From contig OZ024757.1 of assembly GCA_964016885.1 (NCBI GenBank), positions 43,214,001-43,278,000 on the forward strand: a DNA stretch of 64,000 bases, written 5' to 3'. Positions 1-11,560 of this stretch are shown here, piece by piece. Under the pieces are notes generated by a model. That model did not search any database. It was not told the DNA's origin and worked only from the letters and a program-made list of their open reading frames with translations. The stretch comes from Eledone cirrhosa (Eukaryota). The stretch's first letter is position 1; the number at the start of each line of letters is the position of its first letter. A program made the translations under genes and the position numbers.

Positions 1-1563
1 GTCAAGGTCGCAGTACCGAACTGCGCATGCGCTAAGGCCGCCGGACCGTACTGCGCATGCGCCAAGGCCACCTGACTGTACTGCGCATGCGTCAAGGTCG
101 CAGTACCGAACTGCGCATGCGCTAAGGCCGCCGGACCGTACTGCGCATGCGCCAAGGCCGCCGGACCGTAGTGCGCATGCGCCAAGGCCGCCTGACTGTA
201 CTGCGCATGCATCAAGGTCCCAGTACCGTACTGCGCATGCACCAAGACCGCCGGACCGTAGTGCGCATGCGCCAGAGCCGCCGAACCGTAGTGCGCATGC
301 GCCAAGGCCGCCGGACCATACTGCGCATGCGCCAGGGCCGCCGGACCGTAGTGCGCATGCGCCAAAGACGCCGGACCGTAGTGCGCATGCGCCAAGGCCA
401 CCTGACTGTACTGCGCATGCGTCAAGGTCGCAGTACCGAACTGCGCATGCGCTAAGGCCGCCGGACCGTACTGCGCATGCGCCAAGGCCGCCTGACTGTA
501 GTGCGCAGGCGCCAAGGCCGCCGGGCCGTAGTGTGCATGCGCAAAGACCGCTGGCCCTTAGTGCGCATGCGGTTCGGCGGCCTTGGCGCAGGCGCACTAC
601 GGTCCGGCGACCTTCCCGCATGCGCACTACGTTCCGGTGGCCTTGGCACATGCGCAGTACGGTCCGGCGGCCTTGGCGCATGCGCACTACGTTCCGGCGG
701 CCTTGGCGCATGCGCACTACGTTCCGGTGGCCTTTGCGCATGCGCAGTACGGTCCAGCGGCTTTGGCGCATGCGCACAACGGTACGGCGGCCTTGGCGCA
801 TGCGCACTACGTTCCGGTGGCCTTGACGCATGCGCAGTACTGTCCAGTGGCCTTGGGGCATGCGCACTACAGTCCAGTGGCCTTGGCGCATGCGCAGTAA
901 GGTCCGGAGGCCATGGCGCATGCGCACTAAGGGCCAGCGGTCTTTGCGCATGCGCACAACGGTACGGCGGCCTTGGCGCATGCGCACTACGTTCCGGTGG
1001 CCTTGACGCATGCGCAGTACTGTCCAGTGGCCTTGGCGCATGCGCAGTAAGGTCCGGCGGCCTTAGCGCATGCGCAGTACGTTCCGGCGGCCTTGGCGCA
1101 TGCGCACTAAGGGCCATCGTTCTTTGCGCATGCGCACAACGGTCCGGCGGCCTTGGTGCATGCGCACTACGGTCCGGCAGCCTTGGCGCATGCGCACTAC
1201 GGTCCGGCGGCTTTGGTGCATGCGCACTACGGTCTAGCAGCATTGGGGCATGCGCACTACAGCCCGGCGGCCTTGGCGCATGCGCAGTACGGCCCGGCGA
1301 CCTTGGCGCATGCGCACTACGGTCTGGCGGCCTTGGCGCACGCGCACTACGGTCCGGCGGTCTTGGCGCATGCGCACTACGGTCCGGCGACCTTGCCGCA
1401 TGCGCACTACGTTCCGGTGGCCTTGGCACATGCGCAGTACGGTGCGGTGGCTTTGGCGCATGCGCACTACGGTCTGGCAGACTTGGCGCATGCGCACTAC
1501 GGTCCGATGGCCTTGGCGCATGCGCAATACGTCCTGGTGGCCTTGGCGCATGCGCAGTACAGT

Positions 1564-1619
1564 CCATATTTAGCCATTTTGAGATATTTTAGTAATTTAT
1601 GATGCAGTTTAACCATTTT
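1564..1619 (+). repeat. Mini AT-rich spacer (56-bp internal fragment of the 265-bp spacer)
   Basis: ccatatttagccattttgagatattttagtaatttatgatgcagtttaaccatttt matches the spacer interior. F array on the left, R array on the right. Confidence 0.93.
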
Positions 1620-3972
1620 CAAGGCCGCCGGACCGTACTGCGCATGCGCCAAGGCCACCTGACTGTACTGCGCATGCGTCAAGGTCGCAGTACCGAACTG
1701 CGCATGCGCTAAGGCCGCCGGACCGTACTGCGCATGCGCCAAGGCCGCCTGACTGTACTGCGCATGCGTCAAGGTCGCAGTACCGAACTGCGCATGCGTT
1801 AAGGCCGCCGGACCGTACTGCGCATGTGCCAAGGCCGCCGGACCGTAGTGCGCATGCGCCAAAGCCGCCGAACCGTACTGCGCATGCGCCAAGGCCGCCG
1901 GACCGTACTGCGCATGCGCCAAGGCCGCCGGACCGCAGTGCGCATGCGCCAGAGCCGCCGAACCGTAGTGCGCCTGCGTCAAGGTCGCCGGACCATACTG
2001 CGCATGCGCCAAGCCCTCCGGACCGTAGTGCGCATGCGCCAAAGCAGCTGGACCGTAGTGCGCATGCGCCAAGGCCACGGAACGGTACTGCGCAAGATCC
2101 AAGACCGCCGGATCGTACTGCGCATGCCCCAAGGCCGTCGGACAGTAGTGCGCATGTGCCAAGGCCGCCAGACCGTAGTGCGCATGCTCCAAGACCGCCG
2201 GATCTTACTGCACATGCCCCAAGGCCGTCGGACCGTAGTGCGCATGTGCCAAGGCCGCCAGACCGTGGTGCGCATGCGCCAAGGCCGCCGAACCGTACTG
2301 CGCATGCGCCAAGGCCGCCGGACCTTTGTGCGCATGCGGTTCGGCGGCCTTGGCGCATGCGCACTACGGTCCGGCGACCTTCCCGCATGCGCACTACGTT
2401 CCGGTGGCCTTGGCACATGCGCAGTACGGTCCGGCGGCTTTGGCGCATGCGCACTACGGTCTGGCCGCCGGACCGTAGTGCGCATGCGCCAATGCTGCCA
2501 GACCGTAGTGCGCATGCACCAAAGCTGACGGACCGTAGTGCGCATGCGCCAAGGCCGCCGGACCGTTGTGCGCATGCGCCAAGGCCACTGGACCGTACTG
2601 TGCATGCGCCAAGGCCACCAGAACGTAGTGCGCACGCGCCAAGGCCATCGGACCGTAGTGCGCATGCGCCAATGCTGCCAGACCGTAGTGCGCATGCACC
2701 AAAGCTGCCGGACCGTAGTGCGCATGCGCCAAGGCCGCCGGACCGTTGTGCGCATGCGCCAAGGCCACTGGACCGTAGTGCGCACGCGCCAATGCCATCG
2801 GACCGTAGTGCGCATGCGCCAAGTCTGCCAGACCGTAGTACGAATGCGCTAAAGCCACCGGACCGTACTGCGCATGTGCCAAGGCCACCGGAACGTAGTG
2901 CGCATGCGGCAAGGTCGCCGGACCGTAGTGCGCATGCGCCAAGACCGCCGGAGCGTAGTGTGCATGCGCCAATGCTGCCAGACCGTAGTGCGCATGCGCC
3001 AAGGCTGCCAGACCGTAGTGCGCATGCGCCAAAGCCGCCGGACCGTACTGCACATGTGCCAAGGCCACCGGAACGTAGTGCGCATGCGGGAAGGTCGCCG
3101 GACCGTAGTGCGCATGCGCCAAGGCCGCCGAACCGCATGCGCACAAAGGTCCGGCAGCCTTGGCGCATGCGCAGTACGGTTCGGCGGCCTTGGCGCATGC
3201 GCACTACGGTCTGGCGGCCTTGGCACATGCGCACTACGGTCCGACGGCCTTGGGGCATGTGCAGTAAGATCCGGCGGTCTTGGAGCATGCGCACTACGGT
3301 CTGGCGGCCTTGGCACATGCGCACTACTGTCCGACGGCCTTGGGGCATGCGCAGTACGATCCGGCGGTCTTGGATCATGCGCAGTACCGTCCCGTGGCCT
3401 TGGCGCATGCGCACTACGGTCCAGCTGCTTTGGCGCATGCGCAGTACGGTTCGGCGGCCTTAGCGCATGCGCACTACGGTCCGGAGGGCTTGGCGCATGC
3501 GCAGTATGGTCCGGCGACCTTGACGCAGGCGCACTACGGTTCGGCGGCTCTGGCGCATGCGCACTGCGGTCCGGCGGCCTTGGCGCATGCGCAGTACGGT
3601 CCGGCGGCCTTAGCGCATGCGCAGTCCGGTACTGGGACCTTGACGCATGCGCAGTACAGTCAGTCGGTCTTGGCGCATGCGCACTACGGTCCGGCGGCCT
3701 TGGCGCATGCGCAGTACGGTTCGGCGGCTTTGGCGCATGCGCACTACGGTCCGGCGGCCTTGGCACATGCGCAGTACGGTCCGGCGGCCTTAACGCATGC
3801 GTAGTTCGGTACTGCGACCTTGACGCATGCGCAGTACAGTCAGGCGGCCTTGGCGCATGCGCAGTACGGTCCGGCGGCCTTAGCGCATGCGCAGTTCGGT
3901 ACTGCGACCTTGACGCATGCGCAGTACAGTAAGGTGGCCTTGGCGCATGCGCAGTACGGTCCGGCGGCCTTG

Positions 3973-4028
3973 AAAATGGTTAAACTGCATCATAAATTAC
4001 TAAAATAACTCAAAATGGCTAAATATGG
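3973..4028 (-). repeat. Mini AT-rich spacer, inverted copy
   Basis: aaaatggttaaactgcatcataaattactaaaataactcaaaatggctaaatatgg is the reverse complement of 1564-1619 (one mismatch), with the same two junctions. Confidence 0.93.
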
Positions 4029-6035
4029 ACTGTACTGCGCATGCGCCAAGTCCACCAGGACGTAGTGCGCATGCGCCAAGGCCATCGGACCGTAGTGCGC
4101 ATGCGCCAAGTCTGCCAGACCGTAGTGCGCATGCGCCAAAGCCACCGAACCGTACTGCGCATGTGCCAAGGCCACCGGAACGTAGTGCGCATGCGGCAAG
4201 GTCGCCGGACCGTAGTGCGCATGCGCCAAGACCGCCGGACCGTAGTGCGCGTGCGCCAAGGCCGCCAGACCGTAGTGCGCATGCGCCAAGGTCGCCGGGC
4301 CGTACTGCGCATGCGCCAAGGCCGCCGGGCTGTAGTGCGCATGCCCCAATGCTGCTAGACCGTAGTGCGCATGCACCAAAGCCACCGGACCGTAGTGCGC
4401 ATGCGCCAAGGCTGCCGGACCGTACTGCGCATGCGCCAAGGCCGCCGGACCGTAGTGCGCATGCGCCAAGGCCGCCTGACTGTACTGCGCATGCATCAAA
4501 GTCCCAGTACCGTACTGCACATGCACCAAGACCGCCGGACCGTAGTGCGCATGCGCCAGAGCCGCCGAACCGTAGTGCGCATGCGCCAAGGCCGCCGGAC
4601 CATACTGCGCATGCGCCAAGGCCGCCGGGCCGTAGTGCGCATGCGCCAAAGACGCGGGCCCGTAGTGCGCATGCGCCAAGGCCACCTGACTGTACTGCGC
4701 ATGCGTCAAGGTCGCAGTACTGAACTGCGCATGCGCTAAGGCCGCCGGACCGTAATGTGCATGCGCCAAGGCCGCCTGACTGTACTGCGCATGCGTCAAG
4801 GTCGCAGTACCGAACTGCGCATGCGTTAAGGCCGGCGGCCTTGGCGCATGCGCACTACGTTCCGGTGGCCTTGACGCATGCGCAGTACTGTCCAGTGGCC
4901 TTGGCGCATGCGCAGTAAGGTCCGGCGGCCTTAGCGCATGCGCAGTACGTTGCGGCGGCCTTGGCGCATGCGCACTAAGGGCCATCGTTCTTTGCGCATG
5001 CGCACAACGGTCCGGCGGCCTTGGTGCATGCGCACTACGGTCCGGCAGCCTTGGCGCATGCGCACTACGGTCCGGCGGCTTTGGTGCATGCGCACTACGG
5101 TCTAGCAGCATTGGGGCATGCGCACTACAGCCCGGCGGCCTTGGCGCATGCGCAGTACGGCCCGGCGACCTTGGCGCATGCGCACTACGGTCTGGCGGCC
5201 TTGGCGCACGCGCACTACGGTCCGGCGGTCTTGGCGCATGCGCACTACGGTCCGGCGACCTTGTCGCATGCGCACTACGTCCTGGTGGCCTTGGCGCATG
5301 CGCAGTACAGTCCAGTGGCCTTGGCGCCTGCGCAGTAAGATCCGGCGGCCATGGCGCATGCGCACTAAGGGCCAGCGGTCTTTGCGCATGCGCAAAATGG
5401 TCCGGCGGCCTTGCCGCATGCACACTACGGCCCGGCGGCCTTGGCGCCTGCGCACTACGGTCCGGCGGCTTTGGTGCATGCGCACTACGGTCTGGCAGCA
5501 TTGGCGCATGCGCACTACGGTCCGGCGGTCTTGGCGCATGCGCACTACGGTCCGGCGACCTTGCCGCATGCGCACTACATTCCGGTGGCCTTGGCACATG
5601 CGCAGTACGGTCCGGTGGCTTTAGCGCATGCGCACTACGGTCTGGCAGACTTGGCGCATGCGCACTACGGTCTGATGGCCTTGGCGCGTGCGCACTACGG
5701 TCCGATGGCCTTGGCGCGTGCGCACTACGGTCCAGTGGCCTTGGCGCATGCGCACAACGGTCCGGTGGCCTTGGCGCATGCGCACTACGGTCCGGCAGCT
5801 TTGGTGCATGCGCACTACGGTCTGGCAACATTGGCGCATGCGCACTACGGTCCGGCGGCCTTGGCGCATGCGCAGTACGGCCCGGCGGCCTTGGCGCATG
5901 CGCACTACGGTCTGGCGGCCTTGGCGCATGCGCACTACGTTCCGGCGGCGTTGGCGCATGCGCACTACGGTTCGGAGGCCTTGGCGCATGCGCACTACGG
6001 TCCGACGTCCTTGACGCATGTGCAGTACGGTCCGG

Positions 6036-6300
6036 ATGAATTTTTAGCCATTTTAAGCCTTTATGTTGCCATATTTAGCCATTTTGAGTTATTTTAGTAA
6101 TTTATGATGCAGTTTAACCATTTTAGAGCCATTTATAGTCATTTTAGACGTTTCAGTCGTGTTAGAGTCATTCTAGTCAATTATGATACGGTTTTAGCAT
6201 TTTATTGTCACTTTAGTCATTTATTATGCCGTCTTAGTCATTTTGTTGTAATTTCAGACATACATGATGACATTTCGGCCATGTTAGTCCTTTTTGATGA
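6036..6300 (+). repeat. 265-bp AT-rich spacer, haplotype A
   Basis: atgaatttttagcc...ctttatgttgcc...tttttgatga, then agtgccc. Carries the private variant cttagtcattt, shared with the 39167 copy. Confidence 0.96.
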
Positions 6301-9060
6301 AGTGCCCATGCGCCAAGACCGCCAGACCGTACTGCGCATGCGCCAAGGGCGCCGGACCGTAGTGCGCATGCGCCAAGGCCGCCTGACTGTACTGCGCATG
6401 CGTCAAGGTCGCAGTACCGAACTGCGCATGCGCTAAGGCCGCCGAACCGCACTGCGCATGCGCCAAGGCCACCTGACTGTACTGCGTATGCGTCAAGGTC
6501 GCAGTACCGAACTGCGCATGCGCTAAGGCCGCCGGACCGTACTGCGCATGCGCCAAGGCCGCCGGACCGTAGTGCGCATGCGCCAAGGCCGCCTGACTGT
6601 ACTGCGCATGCATCAAGGTCCCAGTACCGTACTGCGCATGCACCAAGGCCACCAGGACGTAGTGCGCATGCGCCAAGGCCATCGGACCGTAGTGCGCATG
6701 CGCCAAGTCTGCCAGACCGTAGTGCGCATGCGCCAAAGCCACCGGACCGTACTGCGCATGTGCCAAGGCCACCGGAACGCAGTGCGCATGCGGCAAGGTC
6801 GCTGGACCGTAGTGCGCATGCGCCAAGACCGACGGTCCGGTGGCTTTGGCGCATGCGCACTACGGTCCGGCGTCCTTGGCGCATGTGCAGTACGGTCCGG
6901 TGACCTTGGCGCATGCGCACTACGGTCCAGCTGCTTTGGCGCATGCGCAGTACGGTTCAGCGGCCTTAGCGCATGCGCACTACGGTCCGGCGGGCTTGGC
7001 GCATGTGCAGTATGGTCCGGCGACCTTGACGCATGCGCACTACGGTTCGGCGGCTCTGGCGCATGCGCACTGCGGTCCGGCGGCCCTGGCGCATGCGCAC
7101 TACGTTCCGGTGGCCTTGGCGCATGCGCAGTACGCTCCAGTGGCCTTGGCGCATGCGCAGTAAGGTCCGGCGGCTTTGGCGCATGCGCACTATGGTCTGT
7201 CAGTCTTGGCGCATGCGCACTACGGTCCGGCTGCCTTCGTGGATGCGCACTACGTTCCGGCGGTCTTGCCGCATGCGCATTACGGTCCGGTGGCTTTGGC
7301 GCATGCGCACTACGGTCTGGCAGACTTGGCGCATGCGCACTACGGTCCGATGGCCTTGGCGCATGCGCACTACGGTCTGGCAGCATTGGCGCATGCGCAC
7401 TACGGTCCGGCGGTCTTGGCGCATGCGCACTACGGTCCGGCGACCTTGCCGCATGCGCACTACGTTCCGGTGGCCTTGGCACATGCGCAGTACGGTCCGG
7501 TGGCTTTAGCGCATGCGCACTACGGTCTGGCAGACTTGGCGCATGCGCACTACGGTCCGATGGCCTTGGCGCGTGCGCACTACGGTCCAGTGGCCTTGGC
7601 GCATGCGCACAACGGTCCGGCGGCCTTGGCGCATGCGCACTACGGTCCGGCAGCTTTGGTGCATGCGCACTACGGTCTGGCAGCATTGGCGCATGCGCAC
7701 TACGGTCCGGCGGCCTTGGCGCATGCGCAGTAAGGTCCGGCGGCCATGGCGCATGCGCACTAAGGGCCAGCGGTCTTTGCGCATGCGCACAATGGTACGG
7801 CGGCCTTGGCGCATGCGCACTACGTTCCGGTGGCCTTGACGCATGCGCAGTACTGTCCAGTGGCCTTGGCGCATGCGCAGTAAGGTCCGGCGGCCTTAGC
7901 GCATGCGCAGTACGTTCCGGCGGCCTTGGCGCATGCGCACTAAGGGCCATCGTTCTTTGCGCATGCGCACAACGGTCCGGCGGCCTTGGTGCATGCGCAC
8001 TACGGTCCGGCGGCCTTGGCGCATGCGCACTACGGTCCGGCGGCTTTGGTGCATGCGCACTACGGTCTAGCAGCATTGGAGCATGCGCACTACAGCCCGG
8101 CGGCCTTGGCGCATGCGCAGTACGGCCCGGCGACCTTGGCGCATGCGCACTACGGTCTGGCGGCCTTGGCGCACGCGCACTACGGTCCGGCGGTCTTGGC
8201 GCATGCGCACTACGGTCCGGCGACCTTGCCGCATGCGCACTACGTTCCGGTGGCCTTGGCACATGCGCAGTACGGTCCGGTGGCTTTGGCGCATGCGCAC
8301 TACGGTCTGGCAGACTTGGCGCATGCACACTACGGTCCGATGGCCTTGGCGCATGCGCACTACGTCCTGGTGGCCTTGGCGCATGCGCAGTACAGTCCAG
8401 TGGCCTTGGTGCATGCGCAGTGAGGTCCGGCGGCCTTAGCGCATGCGCAGTAAGGTCCGGCGGCCATGGCGCATGCGCACTAAGGGTCAGCGGTCTTTGC
8501 GCATGCGCACAACGGTCCGGCGGCCTTGGCGCATGCACACTACGGCCCGGCGGCCTTGGCGCCTGCGCACTACGGTCCGGCGGCTTTGGTGCATGCGCAC
8601 TACGGTGTGGCAGCATTGGCGCATGCGCACTACGGTCTGGCAGACTTGGCGCATGCGCACTACGGTCCGATGGCCTTGGCGCGTGCGCACTACGTTCTGG
8701 TGGCCTTGGCGCATGCACAGTACGGTCCAGTGGCCTTGGCGCATGCGCACAACGGTCCGGCGGCCTTGGCGCATGCGCACTACGGTCCGTCAGCTTTGGT
8801 GCATGCGCACTACGGTCTGGCAGCATTGGCGCATGCGCACTACGGTCCGGCGGCCTTGGCGCATGCGCAGTACGGCCCGGTGGCCTTGGCGCATGCGCAC
8901 TACGGTCTGGCGGCCTTGGCGCATGCGCACTACGGTCCGGCGGCCTTGGCGCATGCGCACTACGGTCCGGCGGCGTTGGCGCATGCGCACTACGGTTCGG
9001 AGGCCTTGGCGCATGCGCACTACGGTCCGACGTTCTTGACGCATGTGCAGTACGGTCCGG

Positions 9061-9325
9061 ATGACTTTTTAGCCATTTTAAGCCTTTGTGTTGCCATATT
9101 TAGCCATTTTGAGTTATTTTAGTAATTTATGATGCAGTTTAACCATTTTAGAGCCATTTATAGTCATTTTAGACGTTTCAGTCGTGTTAGAGTCATTCTA
9201 GTCAATTATGATACGGTTTTAGCATTTTATTGTCACTTTAGTCATTTATTATGCCGTCTTAGCCACTTTGTTGTAATTTCAGACATACATGATGACATTT
9301 CGGCCATGTTAGTCCTTTTTGATGA
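9061..9325 (+). repeat. 265-bp AT-rich spacer, haplotype B
   Basis: atgactttttagcc...ctttgtgttgcc...ttagccactttg...tttttgatga, then cgtgccc. Confidence 0.96.
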
Positions 9326-11295
9326 CGTGCCCATGCGCCAAGACCGCCAGACCGTACTGCGCACGCGTCGATACGGCCTGATCGTAGTGCGCATGCGCCA
9401 AAGCCGCCTAACCGTAGTGCGCATGCGCCAAGGCCGCCGATACATAGTGCACATGCGCCAAGGCCGTCGGACCATACTGCGCATGCGCCAAGGGCGCCGG
9501 ACAGTTGTGCGCATGCACCAAGGCCGCCTGACTTACTGCGCATGCGTCAAGGTCGCAGTACCGAACTGCGCATGCGCTAAGGCCTCCGGACCGTACTGCG
9601 CATGCGCCAAGGCCACCTGACTGTACAGCGCATGCGTCAAGGTCGCAGTACCGAACTGCGTATGCGCTAAGGCCGCCGGACCGTACTGCGCATGCGCCAA
9701 GGCCGCCGGACCGTAGTGCGCATGCGCCAAGGCCGCCTGACTGTACTGCGCATGCATCAAAGTCCCAGTACCGTACTGCACATGCACCAAGACCGCCGGA
9801 CCGTAGTGCGCATGCGCCAGAGCCGCCGAACCGTAGTGCGCATGCGCCAAGGCCGCCGGACCATACTGCGCATGCGCCAAGGCCGCCGGGCCGTAGTGCG
9901 CATGCGCCAAAGACGCGGGCCCGTAGTGCGCATGCGCCAAGGCCACCTGACTGTACTGCGCATGCGTCAAGGTCGCAGTACTGAACTGCGCATGCGCTAA
10001 GGCCGCCGGACCGTAATGTGCATGCGCCAAGGCCGCCTGACTGTACTGCGCATGCGTCAAGGTCGCAGTACCGAACTGCGCATGCGTTAAGGCCGGCGGC
10101 CTTGGCGCATGCGCACTACGTTCCGGTGGCCTTGACGCATGCGCAGTACTGTCCAGTGGCCTTGGCGCATGCGCAGTAAGGTCCGGCGGCCTTAGCGCAT
10201 GCGCAGTACGTTCCGGCGGCCTTGGCGCATGCGCACTAAGGGCCATCGTTCTTTGCGCATGCGCACAACGGTCCGGCGGCCTTGGTGCATGCGCACTACG
10301 GTCCGGCAGCCTTGGCGCATGCGCACTACGGTCCGGCGGCTTTCGTGCATGCGCACTACGGTCTAGCAGCATTGGGGCATGCGCACTACAGCCCGGCGGC
10401 CTTGGCGCATGCGCAGTACGGCCCGGCGACCTTGGCGCATGCGCACTACGGTCTGGCGGCCTTGGCGCACGCGCACTACGGTCCGGCGGTCTTGGCGCAT
10501 GCGCACTACGGTCCGGCGACCTTGTCGCATGCGCACTACGTCCTGGTGGCCTTGGCGCATGCGCAGTACAGTCCAGTGGCCTTGGCGCCTGCGCAGTAAG
10601 ATCCGGCGGCCATGGCGCATGCGCACTAAGGGCCAGCGGTCTTTGCGCATGCGCAAAATGGTCCGGCGGCCTTGCCGCATGCACACTACGGCCCGGCGGC
10701 CTTGGCGCCTGCGCACTACGGTCCGGCGGCTTTGGTTCATGCGCACTACGGTCTGGCAGCATTGGCGCATGCGCACTACGGTCCGGCGGTCTTGGCGCAT
10801 GCGCACTACGGTCCGGCGACCTTGCCGCATGCGCACTACATTCCGGTGGCCTTGGCACATGCGCAGTACGGTCCGGTGGCTTTAGCGCATGCGCACTACG
10901 GTCTGGCAGACTTGGCGCATGCGCACTACGGTCTGATGGCCTTGGCGCGTGCGCACTACGGTCCGATGGCCTTGGCGCGTGCGCACTACGGTCCAGTGGC
11001 CTTGGCGCATGCGCACAACGGTCCGGTGGCCTTGGCGCATGCGCACTACGGTCCGGCAGCTTTGGTGCATGCGCACTACGGTCTGGCAACATTGGCGCAT
11101 GCGCACTACGGTCCGCGGCCTTGGCGCATGCGCAGTACGGCCCGGCGGCCTTGGCGCATGCGCACTACGGTCTGGCGGCCTTGGCGCATGCGCACTACGT
11201 TCCGGCGGCGTTGGCGCATGCGCACTACGGTTCGGAGGCCTTGGCGCATGCGCACTACGGTCCGACGTCCTTGACGCATGTGCAGTACGGTCCGG

Positions 11296-11560
11296 ATGAA
11301 TTTTTAGCCATTTTAAGCCTTTATGTTGCCATATTTAGCCATTTTGAGTTATTTTAGTAATTTATGATGCAGTTTAACCATTTTAGAGCCATTTATAGTC
11401 ATTTTAGACGTTTCAGTCGTGTTAGAGTCATTCTAGTCAATTATGATACGGTTTTAGCATTTTATTGTCACTTTAGTCATTTATTATGCCGTCTTAGCCA
11501 TTTTGTTGTAATTTCAGACATACATGATGACATTTCGGCCATGTTAGTCCTTTTTGATGA
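11296..11560 (+). repeat. AT-rich spacer, haplotype A
   Basis: Near-identical to 6036-6300. Confidence 0.96.

Larger units (their letters stand above)
1171..4421. repeat. Large imperfect inverted repeat (arms about 1171-2465 and 3007-4421, loop about 540 bp)
   Basis: Mirror-image landmarks: mini-spacers, junction gcatgcggttcggcggcc (2332) versus ggccgccgaaccgcatgc (3123), ttcccgcatg versus catgcgggaa, and ctagcagcattgggg versus ccccaatgctgctag. The right arm is about 4 monomers longer. Confidence 0.88.
6036..11295 (+). repeat. 5.26-kb A+B higher-order repeat unit (paralog at 39167-44427)
   Basis: Spacer-to-spacer distances are 3025+2235 here and 3025+2236 at 39-44 kb. Shared private variants cttagtcattt and cggccctggc (about 7081 and 40212). 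Confidence 0.88.

Noticed and set aside
6036-6300. Telomere-like words (TTAGCC/TTAGTC resembling TTAGGC/TTAGG)
   Set aside because: No G-rich tandem run. The period is about 10 bp and the sequence is T-rich and degenerate.
6104-6436. Repeated 110/163-aa ORF MMQFNHFRAIYSHF... starting in the spacer
   Set aside because: It is a translation of a degenerate 10-bp repeat that runs into satellite. No recognisable domain, variable C-terminus, and recent duplication explains its identity between copies.
11111-11120. Isolated 1-bp indels (ggtccgcggcc near 11115; also near 59000 and 59627)
   Set aside because: Singletons that could be consensus errors and carry no structural signal.
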